Program-made: the position numbers and the translations under genes
Shown here: piece by piece, positions 52,540 to 64,000 of the stretch
Numbering within the stretch: position 1 is the first letter of the stretch
How the letters are laid out: every line of letters starts with the position of its first letter
Assembly (NCBI GenBank): GCA_036172245.1
Contig: JAYWIR010000002.1
Span: 1,054,001-1,118,000 of the forward strand
Reading direction: 5' to 3'
DNA: 64,000 nucleotides
Source: Raillietiella orientalis
Lineage: Eukaryota
Notes under the pieces: generated by a model
Seen by the model: the letters and a program-made list of their open reading frames with translations, nothing else
Told to the model about the DNA's origin: nothing
Databases searched by the model: none

Positions 52540-54120
52540 AAAGTATCCGGTAACCACCTAAGGCATTGCTAGACTTGGAGAGCTAGCAAGACTGAAATGA
52601 ACGTTCTAAAGATGGCGAGAGGTGGGCGCTGGAGGAAAACAAGTGCTGAAACCGGATTTTGATTCCCTCTTCCGGATTTGCGGATACCGCCATCCTGAAA
52701 ATCGGGATTCGGCTTACGCGACTCGGTCTCAAAGACGAAATCCATGTCGATTCTTCCGTTCCTCTTGGTCCCGTCCATGTTTGGCCCGTCCCTTGCCTCC
52801 TGGCTGCTCCTCGCGCATCATCAGCTTACAAGAAGTCTCTCGCTTGCTTGAGCAGACGAGAGGGAGCCCTCGGCTGATATCGTGCGTGTTCAGCCCACTT
52901 CAGAAAACTCCAACAGTTTCCACAAGGCAGTGGACCAGTGGGTCGAGTACGAGTACGTTGCTGCCATTCCCCTTAGCGGTTAGCGAATCCTCGTTCAAGT
53001 CTGAGTCAACAGTCTGCTTCTCCTTACACCCACGCAGGAACTCTCCCAGAGGATCATCGAACCCACAGCCACTCGAGCCCAGTACGGCCCGAAATCCATC
53101 ACACGCCTGGAATACATCATATGATCGCCCGTTATCAAATGTTGCATCCTGTTTCGCAACTCCAGATCTGCCGCCCTACCTGTGCGATCCTTTCAAAAAG
53201 GAACAGTAAAATGTTCTTACTCGCCTGCGATCGTGCGTATGAGGGCTACTTTTATCATTGATGATGATGAAGATAAAGTCTTTTTTATTTGGTATTTTTA
53301 TTTTTTTCGAGGGGGGAGTGGGGGAGGGGCGGAAAGTACCATTTGGGAGAGACCACAGATGCAATTTCTTAAAAGTTTGTGCAAGTTGGGTTCGTAACGC
53401 AAGTAGGAAGAAAAGACTCGAAATCCAGGAACCGGTGCGTCCCCGTGTATCTCCTACAGGATAGGTACACTTTGCACATCCGGCGATACCAAAACCTACG
53501 GTTGTTTTCAGCATGCTCGAGGAACCAATGGCTGGAGCTCTCAAGGTACGGGGTTCTTTGGTAGAAGAATTTATTACTTCAACTCCCGCAGCAAAAAAAA
53601 AAAAAATCAATGAAGTTTTCAAAGATTAATTATCACTATTTTTTTTTTGTTACGTTTGTGGGAGAGAATTCATTAGCATCATCCCTGTGAGCATTGACAG
53701 TTTGTGTCAAGTGCACAAAAGAGGCAGACCAACAAATCATTTGTGCCTATTTGAGGAGTACGTACATTTTTATCGCTTTCGGTTTCGAGGGAACTCCATC
53801 ACTGTTTTTGTGATTGGTGGAAGCGTTCAGTCACATATCAGAGGTTCATGCCAATTATATTCCTTGGGCATTGTACCCACGAGTGTTCTTGAAGACCATC
53901 TATCTGTCCAAACGCGGGTACGATTTTCGCTCTCCCAACACGCAATTCCTTATTTCTCCCCCGTATATCACGAAAAAATGAATGGCATTTGCAATGCTAA
54001 GCATTGAAAACAGTCGAAAATCTTCCGGGCACCTCTCCCGTCTTTTCCTTTGTTCGTAAGAACTGCTGCCATAATTCGTCCGGTATCAAAGATAGCTCAA
54101 TATATCTCTAGGATTCTCAC
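52540..54120 (+). mobile_element. Decayed DIRS-like relic (RH end-MT-YR)
   Basis: MT: LKPDFDSLFRICG..YATRSQRRNP..HAWNTS (ORF 52622). YR: VYLLQDRYTLHIRRYQ..LELS (ORF 53379), SRLFLC (~54035), IAQYISRI (~54092). Confidence 0.6.
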
Positions 54121-54519
54121 TAGCGTACATTCCTGATCTCTTGGAATCTTTTTCTTTTTTTCTTCTTTTTTTACTTTTTTTTTTCCCTATCGGAGCCAAA
54201 CCAATCTTTCAAAAGTATTTTCCACTGGAACAACCGATTTCGAGTTCAATCGGTGGAAAGGCAAAAAGAAACAGGTTGCTAGGAAACACATAAATCTCCT
54301 CTTTTTTTTTCTTTTTTTTTCCTTTCCTTTCAGCGTTCGGGCCATCACCTGTTGATGTGCGCGCAGTATTAGCAGGCATACTCTCTCCTCTGGTCGGAAT
54401 TCTAATAGGAAGGAAGAAAGCATGCCATCTTGTCTCCATGAAACCAATCTCGAGCTCGCGAGCAAAAGCATCGGATCGACTAATTTTTCATCATTAGAGA
54501 AACGCGAGTATCACCCCAA

Positions 54520-55540
54520 CATCCCTGTCCTGCATGTGCCATCTTGGTTGTGATTTAGTTGCGAAAGACCCACCTGTGACTTGTAAGCATTCTGAAGAGG
54601 CAAGTGATGATCTCGGATGGAGTGGGATTTCTGATATCACCTTCACGTCCTAGCCCTTTAAAGGTTCCAGCCACCAACAGGTGTTCAGCTTGCTGCAGGA
54701 AACACTGATCTCCTTCGGAATTTCTTTGCGAAAAACTTGGAAAATGGCACAGCCAGCAAACCGCTCGCCCGATTCAGTGCTGCTGCAAAGAGAACGCAGC
54801 AGTGTCAGGAACGACGGCAGGACAGCGTTTCGTGCTCTCTGTGGACCGCGGAGACGCCTTCGCGATCTGCGCCGAGCTCCCTTTGCCGTCCCTGCTGCCC
54901 ACCTGGCTCGGAAGGCATGTGCAAGGCGGGAGCATGCAAGACTTGCAAAGCACTGGGGCTGCATTTTTGCTGAGTGCGATGACTAGGCTGGACAAACATC
55001 CGAAGAAGCGGCCTCTGCGTTTGGACCTTTGGACCTTTCCGAAGATCTGCTCAATCCGAGTCATTTATGGAGAGCCCAAAAGAAGGATAAAAAGATGATG
55101 ATGTCAGGGGCGATGCCGCAACTCCTGCTCATGATGCACTCTCGGCGGTCTCCCTCGAGAGGAAACTGAAAAAGTTTGCACTGACTGGATTTTGTGTTTC
55201 TGGATTCTCGGGCTTCCTCTGAGATCCTGCCGCAAAACGCCACTCCTGAGATTTCTTTTTTTTTTTTAAATCCGGATGCTTGGAGATGGAAGGAGGAAGG
55301 GAAGATGGAAAACAGCATTGTGCTCTCGTTTTCTGGGGATCCCAAACAATCCAGGACCATGATGATAAGGAGGCATGATGATGAAAAGATCCCTCAATCA
55401 TTCCCGATGCGTGAGCAACATCTTGAGTTCTTACTCCAAAATCGAAAAACAATTTCTCAAAAGGTGGCAGCCTCCCTGCAAGGAGGGAATCGAAATCAAC
55501 CCCGAGAGCAGGCGCGCGAAAGGATCAAGGATGCTCCTTG
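54520..55540 (+). mobile_element. Decayed DIRS-like RT-RH fragment
   Basis: LLQETLISFGISLRKTWKMAQP (ORF 54681); GDAA (~55109); MENSIVLSF..VAASL (ORF 55194). Confidence 0.5.
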
Positions 55541-55599
55541 ATTCGGGAGATAAAGCCAGAGCATGGGCACCGAACGAAAGTAAGCGGAATCCCTGAAAG

Positions 55600-55765
55600 C
55601 CGTCGCAGGGTTCGCTCCAGCGGTTCCCGAAAACAGGAAGGAAACAAGCATTCCGATCGAGTTCATTAGCTCTCCATCTCGGAGCTCCATAGAACTCGGC
55701 ATGATTGATGTTCTAGAAGAACAAAAACATAGGTCGCGACGTAAGAGGAGCCATGATGGCATCAC
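55600..55765 (-). mobile_element. Possible DIRS gag-like fragment
   Basis: LLLRRDLCF..MELRDGEL (ORF 55496-55765) resembles a gag motif L.RRD..l...Lr.ap. Weak. Confidence 0.3.
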
Positions 55766-56239
55766 TTTGGAAACGAGCTCAAGTGGAGAACCAATGAGGA
55801 TAATGCGTGCTATCAGGACACCAAATAGGGGTTGGATCTCTCGGATGAAATATTTATAGCAATGATTTCATGGTCCAGCAAGTTGCATTTATGGAACCAT
55901 TGCGCTTAATACTACATCTTGTGGGCATCGAACAAGACTCTGCAGTCGCTTATGACGCAAAGGTTTCTGGAAAATATTTCAGGGGGAGGAATGATTGTAT
56001 TCTTGGACTTCTTGCGGATCATACAGATGGAGAAAAAAGGAAAGGGCGAAGATCACATTCGACTTTCTTGGAAAGAAGATTTATCTGCTCAAAAAAGCGA
56101 GGAGAACATTGGAGGAAAGAAACACTGTTTCAAAAATAAGTACCAAATGAGAACAATGCTATATTTAGATGCTTACCTACACCTTGATAAGAAAAAGTGT
56201 TCAAAGGCCCCGGAAAAGAACCATCGCGCCAAAAGGCGA

Positions 56240-57060
56240 GGAAACATACTCAGTGGAGAAGAAGCCGAGCTGTCACATTATCCTTATGAGGTCAAATTAT
56301 CAAGAGTCTGTCACTAAGGAAACCACTGGGTGAAGCCTCGAGGAGGAAATGTGGATAGAAGGCGACGTTGGGCAGAATTTCGGGGAGCACATGGGATGAT
56401 TTCTAAGGACCTCGCCGGGGAGCCGGAGACCACCTGAAACTTTTGCTGAGCCTCAGGCAATTATTTACATCCAGAGGGTTCAAAACAATTCTGGAACGGA
56501 GTGCAGGGTTCGAGAAAGGTGGTGCTTTGGTTCTTAGTGTGCTTAGAAAGGTAGGCTGGGGGTCAAATGAAACCCTGGAAGATCACACTTTAGCGTTCTT
56601 CGCCGCTCCTAGGGTTCTCGTCGCAAACGAGATACAGAAGTCAACCAAAATGAATCTGCACGAGTCGGAGAAGGGCTGCGCGATGCGTGCTCCGCACAGC
56701 GGACACGGGTTAACAGCCGCTGGCATTTGCAAGGCAGCTTTTCAAAGACGGGAGAGAAGTCTTCGATGAAAAACAGAAAATGAGGGGCAAGGGCTTTGTT
56801 TGTTGTTCGAGATCCACCACCAGAGCCTTTGCTAATGATTCATCACGGAACTTGTTTCCTTTGCATCGTTTCCATTATTTATTACATTTCTTGTATTTAT
56901 GGAAGCACTTTTATTTTCCTTTTGAAGCGGCGCTGCTTCCGTTTTCGAGAAGGCACTCGCCTTCGTCTTTTCCGTGCTTCCTTGACTCGTTGTCTTTGAG
57001 AGCCATCCTTGCCCTGGTAAACGCAAGCAGCGAAACGTTCATGTCGTTCGTGAACTCGAC
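56240..57060 (+). mobile_element. Decayed DIRS-like tyrosine recombinase
   Basis: LFTSRGF..LVLSVL..ETLEDHT (ORF 56443); RSTTRAF..NLF and SLRAILALVNASSETFMSFV (ORF 56780, like sl..Il.aa.Wss.tF..fY). Confidence 0.6.
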
Positions 57061-57349
57061 AGATTGCCTTGCAGAATTCGTGCATTCGTGCAGGAAAACA
57101 CTGCTCGGTGGAACATCGCGTTTTCAATAATAGATGGGGCTGTAGAACACGAGTGACTGACCCGGCTGTATGTCTTTTTTTTCGTGTTGCTGCTGTGGTT
57201 TTCCCTTTTTCTCGTTGCTGGAGATAGCGCAAGGTGCCAATGAAGACTCGCTTCCATCAACGCAGAAGTCAGAGAACAAGATGTAACCAAAAGCTTCCCT
57301 CGCGTGGCTCAAAGAGCAGACATGGAAAGCATGAAATAATAATAAGAGA

Positions 57350-58680
57350 AGGAATGGATGCCGCTGATTTCACCGTGTCCACGCGCTGATCTGAAATGTC
57401 TCTCCTCTCGTCATTCAGCACGAGTCGGATGTCCCGGGAAGCAACCATTAATTATCCCTATATTTTTTCGATCATAGTGCTCGGTAGGCTCCGTGAGCGA
57501 GCTACTCGAAGAAGGGTGGGGGACGGCCGCGTTTGACAGCACTCTCGGGATCTCCGGCCTCCTTCCCCGGTAGAGCCGGAATGATGGGCATGATGTGTAA
57601 CCTGCATCTCTCGAGATACGACACCAGAATTCCGGAACTGCTCTCGATGAGAAGGACGCAAACGGTGATGCGGATGGCAAAAAAGAAGTTAAGAAAAAAA
57701 GACTGCGCTAAGAATAGATCGGTTCCCAACAGACATCTGCCACCATTTTCGTTATTCTTCTTGCATTGGCGGTGTCTACAAGAGCGGAGCAATTACGATT
57801 CGTGGAAGGCAGAGGTGGAAAGTAGGAGAGGAAGGAGTGTGTGAGGGAGAAAGATGGAGAAAATCTCACATGCTTTTCAATCAAGGTATGAAAACGGAGA
57901 GATGATGCATCCTCTCCCTTGCCGTGTGTGAAAAATCATGTTCCTTGTCTTCACGCATTGCAAAAATTCGCATGCTTGAGAGCTGCTGCCGACTGCAGCT
58001 TCAGGTACGTCGAAGGTTTTTTTTTTTTCCTCGATCTGGGGAGGAAGTCTCTCTCTCTCCCTTTCCTTTTTTCCTTCTACAATGACGCTGCCATCGATCT
58101 TTTTTATTTCTTGTCCGTAAATTCAGATACAGATCAGTCTGAAGGATGAAGATTAGTTGGAATCAGTTCTGGAAGACAAAATGGGAAATAAAAGGGAAGG
58201 CGGTGGAATCTTACAGGAACGTCAGACGACTTTCGGGTTGCAGGGATTCCGCAGCGTTTCCAAAACTTTCTGAAACTCTGTGCTGGAAGAGGGGCACCGA
58301 TCGATGTTCCGGCCAGCGGGCGTTCCGGTTCGAGCAGCGAGCAAAGTACCATCGCGGGGAGGACGCACCTTCGTATTCCCGAAAGGTCGCTCCTTCACAT
58401 CAGCTGGTGATAACGTAGAAAAGGATCGGCTGAGGAAGAGAAAATCAGAAGACGGGGGCTGCTGGTAACTCGCAGCTGCAGCCTCCTATCGAGTTTGCCT
58501 TCCGCTCCAGAGAGGCAACCGCTGCTTGGTGATTTTTCCAGGATAAACGAACGATTCTTCGCTGGAGCAGCGCTTCTTTCAGTCTCACGAAGACGCCTTT
58601 TTTCTCTAGAGAGCAGGAGCTGCATCTTCCCGTGCTGTTTACTTGCTCCTACGAAAAGAAAAGGAGAGGGAGAGGATGGA
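57350..58680 (+). mobile_element. Decayed DIRS-like RT-RH-MT fragment
   Basis: MGMMCNLHLS (ORF 57533); TDQSEG* (58129-58149, like TDAS..GW); KGKAV..RAKYHRGED (ORF 58146); IFPCCLL (ORF 58495). Confidence 0.55.
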
Positions 58681-59249
58681 TAAAGAAGGAAAAGCTCTCT
58701 CTGACAGAGCATCTTCCGAAGAGATCTTCTTTATCCTGAAAATCCTAGTTCAGAAGTATCGGAACCAGGAAACGCATTTCGGGGTCTACCATCGGACTTC
58801 CGCGCAGGAACTCATCAGACAGTATCCCAGTTCATCCCAATGAGCAAGCAAGCTTCTTCGTCTCTTAGCCCATCCTTCTCTTTTCGCCCCACTCTACTGA
58901 TGCTCACAATCTTCTCCGGCATACCACGCTCACGATTCATCCACAGCCGCACCTTCACACCAAACCCCTACGTGCCAACAGGAAACCAAAGATATCCCCT
59001 TCCCTTTCATCTTCCCCGAAAAATGGACAAACCTCCTGCCATTTATCGTTTCTTTTTGCTGAGACGTGTTCACATCGGAAGGAAACTCCCACCCTGAAAT
59101 CCACTCACTACTCTTTGCCCACATTTCCAACTGGAATCAACACCATCCTGCAGTCGATCTCCAGGAGTCTCAATTCTTGCCACATCCTCCAGTTACATAA
59201 ACCACTCTTCATCTCCATCCTCCCATTAAGAGAGATCTCAGCCCCGTCA

Positions 59250-61040
59250 CCAATCTTATGCTTTTCCCGGATAATCAGATCTTTGGAGCATTACCTTCCC
59301 TCGACACCCGTCAGAAGGATCGCGTCTCCACGGTCACCATACTCTGGACCACCCCGGCTCCAGCAGCTCGTTCAAAGTATCGATTTTTGCGAATGGAAAA
59401 CTAAAGACGATCTCCACATCGCGCCTACTCCTTTTTTATGCGTGATAGCAAATGTAGGAGAAGATCTTAAACGGTTTATCCCTCCTCGTTTCTGGAAGGC
59501 ACGACTTTTACCCATTCTGGACTTCCGTGGCGGAGTTCCCCGTAGTCACTGGCGTCCAGAATGTTGTCCCGAAGATAAGTGGAGCGAAGATCCTCTTCAA
59601 ACTGGAGCAGACGTTGTACATTAGACGATTCGAGAGATTCGTCAGAGCCTCAGGAACACAAAGTGGAGGGTCTTATAGATTCGTTCGTAGAGGAGGAGCC
59701 CTTCTTCCCTACCCCGAAAAGCATTCCATGAAAACCAGTTTGGCTACCTGTAGCCGAGATAGTTACCGTGTCTAAAGATTCAGTGGTGCTATGAGCATCT
59801 TATCTTTGAACGGCGAAATCGGTGAACTTTGTGATGCACAGATTTTATCACTCGCAGGGGCATCTGTATTTCTTGTTAGGGGAGACCCTTCTCAGGTAAT
59901 GTTCCACCATTTCCTACGAGTGGTTTACGCAGACTGCAATGGCCAGCTCGAGCTTTGGAGAATCGAGAAGAGCTCATCTAGCTCAGCCGTGGCTAGTTGA
60001 GTCCATAGTGGAGCCTCCGTTCAATGGATCCAGCCTTCGCAGATGCTGATGAATGTGGATCAGTGCTTCATGAGCTCTCTCTCGAAAGGCATCTTGGAAA
60101 TTTCGCTTTCTTTTGAAGGGAAGGGGGGGATTTAGAAGCCAAACATCTCCTTTAGAATATGGAAGGGGATACACACCAAACGAAGAAGAGCATCCACAAT
60201 ACGATTCTCGAAATTGTTCCCGACCTCAACAGTGCTGCTTATCCCAGCCTCAGTTTTCCATCCAAAGCAAATCGGACGGATGGAAGCCGGCCTTCCTCTT
60301 ACTCAAGAGGAACAGTTCCTCTTTCCGGAAAACTCTTTCCGGGACAAAATGGGGATTTCGCAAGTGCGGCTCCTGCGACCCTTCCGAAATTTCAGCACAG
60401 GCTACGCGTAGAACTGCACGTACTGCAACGGACGCGGAGATGGGAGGCCGAGAAAGATTCAGATCGGATGGCCTGGATCCGGGAATCAATCCCGTCCCAT
60501 GCCTTCTGAAGCTGTTTTGGGACATCTCCAAGAAACTCGGATCCGTGGACGCTTTTCTCGTTTCACTAAACGGATGAACCCCTTATCGAATTCGTTCCCA
60601 GATCTCAAGGAGCTGACGTTTTCGTTTCCCCTGATCGCTTGGAAGCAGCAGTCGGTTTTTCTGGAGAGAAACCGCCATATTGCCGGAGGAGACACTGGAG
60701 AGACGGTCTGAAGAACAGCAGGGAGACGTGGATACCTTCGTGGGCTCTGGTGAGCCCTCCGTTTCGGCTCGAACGGGTTAAGGGAGCGAAGAACCCCATG
60801 TGAATTCATCGAACTCCTGGACGAGACCTTGAGAGATGCAAAGAGGGAGGATTCAGTTTGTGGAGAAACGCTTCCCCGACATCGAGGAGGAAGAAGGAAG
60901 AAAAGTCGAATCTGAAAGAAAGAAAGATTTGACAGAAACTGAGATTGAGCAATCTGAAAGCTTCGAAAGGCTGGCCACCTATGCCTCGGCGAATCGATGT
61001 CTGCTGGAAGAAAGGCACCTGCTTTATCCTCATGTTTGAG
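59250..61040 (+). mobile_element. Decayed DIRS-like RT-RH(-MT) fragment
   Basis: LLPILDFR (ORF 59115, like RPILDLR); FKLEQTLYI (ORF 59527); LWRIEKS (ORF 59791); TDAEMGG (ORF 60113); W..VFLERNRHIAG (ORF 60499); FPDIE (ORF 60836). Confidence 0.65.
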
Positions 61041-61299
61041 GAACTTGGGGCTGGTGGGACTCTGCATGGTTTGGGAGCCTTCGAAGTGCAGTGATCTTGC
61101 AGCCGAAGACGAAGGATGTGAATTTTTCTTCACTGAGAAGAAGCGGAACTGAAGGAGCAACTTGAAAGAGCGCAACCGTTAGGATGATGCGCTTGCTCGT
61201 TCGAACGGCTCCGGAATGTCTCCATGATTCACAAAAAATCTCTTATTTCTACTGCTTCAACTTTTTCTCGCTTCACCTGAACCAGCATCTTGAAGAAGC

Positions 61300-62220
61300 G
61301 CACCTTTTTGAATTACATGGTTGTTTGAGTCGTTAAACCGTGCTCGGCCACGTGCAGTCGATGCAGCGGCAAAGATGCTCGAAAGCTGTGATTGTGAAGA
61401 AAATGAGCATCCCAAAGTTGAGAACGATGATGGCGAAGACGCTCTTCCGGAAAGTGCTAGCAGAGCGTCTCGTTTCGGGATAACTTCATGCACACTACAC
61501 GCAGTGATGTCAGAAGATTCAGGAAGTATATGAGAAAGGACTCGCATTACTTGGAAGTTGGAACGGACCACTACGGAGGAAGCAGTGCCTTTAGTGCACA
61601 AGAAACCGAGCAAGATCAAAAAAATTCCTAGAGTTCCAATGACGACTTGCCTCGCACCCGTTCCCGCTTTTCCGTGATACAGGCTTTTAGTGCATACACA
61701 TATAAATGTACTGGCAACGTGTTTTTCCTTCTGCCTTGTGCACGGACAATATCGTAGCCGAGGACGCCTGCGGAGGCGCGATTATTGCTAGTTGAAAATT
61801 TCCTTCTGGATGAGGAGTAACTGAGAGAGGAAGAGCACCGTTTTGAGATCCTTCCTTCTTACGGTCCATCGGAAGCCTGGTGGAGAAAAGCCTCCAGTGA
61901 AGATAAGAGATGAAGATAAGTGTGATTGGCGTTCGATTCGACAATGCTGATAATTAAGTGAGAGTGTTTTCGGCAGAAACCGGGACTCCTTGTCCCTTTC
62001 CCACAGCAGAAAAGGACGCTGGAACGGACTCTTCCTCCCGGTTCCTCGGTTCCGATTCGCCCGGCCACCGGCTCTTAGCAGTCGATTCTTTCAGCCCTGT
62101 GCATAGTGCTCCACCAGAGGAGAAGCTTCTTCCCGTTGGGAATATTCCCCCGCTCCGGGAGAAATTCCACAAGTCCACGTTCGGAATCGCAAGCTCGAAA
62201 AGCGGGAGCGACTTTAGTAG
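61300..62220 (-). mobile_element. Decayed DIRS-like tyrosine recombinase
   Basis: SFSSGGALCTGLKESTAKSRW (ORF 61954-62328, YR N-terminus); ITACSV..QLSSIFAAAS (ORF 61257-61619, YR C-terminus). Confidence 0.55.
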
Positions 62221-62679
62221 AGGAAGGGAAGGCACCCCACACAGGGCTTGCGTGTGCGTGTGAGTGCCAGATGAGCATGTCAGTTCTCCTTGTCGCTCAC
62301 GTCTGCCTTCTACGCATTTGACTATCAATTCATCTTATTCGTGCGGTGCATATGGGAATCAATACTAATATGTTCCGTATTAATAATTATCCGAATACTT
62401 TTAGTGGAGAACTCCCTTGGCTCAAGTCTGATCTTCTACACCAACACTCAAGTGAGGAGTCTCTGATGGAGGACTGCAGCAGCGACATATCCCCACTTTT
62501 CAGTGAGTCCTGGATTTCACTGAGAGGCGATGGTCTGTACCATAGGCAGATTCTTCATTCAGGTATCCCACGTGAATCTGATCAGCAAGTCCTTCTACAG
62601 AAATGAAAGGCCAAAAAAGAAAAAAAAAAGATTGGATTCTTATGTACCAGAGAAAAAGAGCGGGAGAAAAAGTCCCGGT

Positions 62680-63200
62680 GTTGCCATGCAACCCTCTGGA
62701 GTCGGTGAGTCTGGAGCAGGCTGCCCAAGCAGGCTATATTTGCAAACGTGGCGAAGATGACGTTACGTAGGTTCTCGGATGAAGGACACTATCTCGACCT
62801 CGGAAAAGACCTTTTCTATAAGCAGACGACTCGCTGAGAAAGAATTCTGCCCTTATCAGGCATGCAGTGTCTACTGTTAGGTCGCTCAGTCCAACAGGGA
62901 AGCATTCGAGAAGATCGATTCCTTCATGTCAGGTGAGGTGCAGGTGCAAAACACCCTTGGAGGATCTGGAGAAAAACAGATCGGACTTTTCTCGGGATGC
63001 CACGAGCGGCGTGAGCATCCAGAAATCTGTTTTTGTAGATCTCTGTCAGAGTAACCCTGGTGCTTCCCAGACCGGTATTTTGCCTCTTGCAGGCTGCCCT
63101 CTCCCTCCGGAAGGTTGCAATCTCCTCGTGAGTTTTCAAAGGAAGCAACTGGGATGCTTATTGGCTCACGAGCCTGGGAGGACTTTTAGAATGTGGGATC
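62680..63200 (+). mobile_element. Decayed DIRS-like RH-MT fragment
   Basis: NPLESV (62690-62707, like iN.LEl); RFSD (~62770); RSLSP..FVDLCQSN (ORF 62867, like AD.LSR..iDLfA..N). Confidence 0.45.
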
Positions 63201-63599
63201 CAGGTTAACATCCACATCAGGCACAGAAATTTGCATCGTCCCTTTAGTGGGCTGTTTTACACCAAAGCAAAACGCGAATCTCTGGAAAGGCAGAAGCAAT
63301 TTAAAAATAATAATGATGATGATGACAATAATGCACTTACTATTTATTATTACTGATGCTTATTCCTACAGACAATCTTAAAGCCTCGAAGTGGTGAGCA
63401 CAGCCCTCGAGATGAGTTTATTCGGACGAGCAGCTGAGGTCACGCTCTTCTAAACGGGAAACGTGCATGTACAAAGGGAGAGATATCCTTCATTGATGAT
63501 TTTTGTGGTGGTTGTTGTTGTTGCTGCTGCTTCTGCTCGTGTTTCCGTTTCCAGCGGCCGTGAGACACCGGGGAGAGTGCTGTAGGTTTTTCTTTTTTT

Positions 63600-63830
63600 G
63601 GGGGGGGACTCCTTTTCCATTCTAAAACTGGCGTTTCCTTCGTCAGTTTACCTTGCAAGACTTTGACTGCAATTTCCAGATGTCTCGCATCACCCCAAAA
63701 TGACTCAATTACGTTCCTCGCGGATTTAGTGACTTCTTTCAGCCATGATCGGAATTTTGTTGACTTCCCCCGTTTCATTTGAAGGGGGGAGGGGGGAGGA
63801 AGAAAGATGTTGCATACACACAGCACATTC
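63600..63830 (-). mobile_element. Decayed DIRS-like YR C-terminal fragment
   Basis: KSTKFRSWLKEVTKSA..DARHLEIAV (ORF 63440-63835, like Sk.tIs.WlkevI..a..aH.vR.va). Confidence 0.5.
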
Positions 63831-64000
63831 ACCATGAACGCGGATATTCCGGATTTCGGAGAAGTTTCCAGAATCGATGATTGAAAATCGGTCCAAACGC
63901 ACGCGGCAAGCGCATCCCGACTTTTCTCAGAATCCAGCTGGGAGTCTCGGATGAGCTAAAAGCAGCGTCGTCGCTTGCGACCATAAAGACGATGCCTAAT

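Noticed and set aside
1-64000. CRISPR array, prokaryotic operon or defence system, rRNA, host exons
   Set aside because: No regularly spaced repeats, no long gene-like ORFs and no rRNA signatures. Short host exons cannot be excluded without RNA-seq.

Overview
Eukaryotic-looking, gene-free DNA of roughly balanced GC, with many homopolymer and microsatellite tracts and no operons. None of the listed ORFs looks like an intact gene. Reading all frames by eye, most of the window resolves into about 34 heavily decayed fragments of DIRS-like (tyrosine-recombinase) retrotransposons on both strands. Degenerate motifs of reverse transcriptase (RT), RNase H (RH), the DIRS methyltransferase-like domain (MT) and tyrosine recombinase (YR) recur in the canonical RT-RH-MT-YR order and roughly the expected spacing, broken by stops, frameshifts and truncations. 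On top of this old material sit a few perfect and therefore probably young structures: two abutting 16/17-bp hairpins with the same GAAT loop (26142-26215), a 43-bp inverted duplicate (51273-51315 / 51718-51760) and a 13-bp hairpin (33258-33295). Limits: domain calls are manual matches to remembered family consensus motifs, not HMM hits. Single motifs are weak and the colinear order is the main support. Relic boundaries are approximate (about +/-200 bp). I found no intact novel protein system, RNA gene or CRISPR array, and I cannot identify the host beyond a probable animal.
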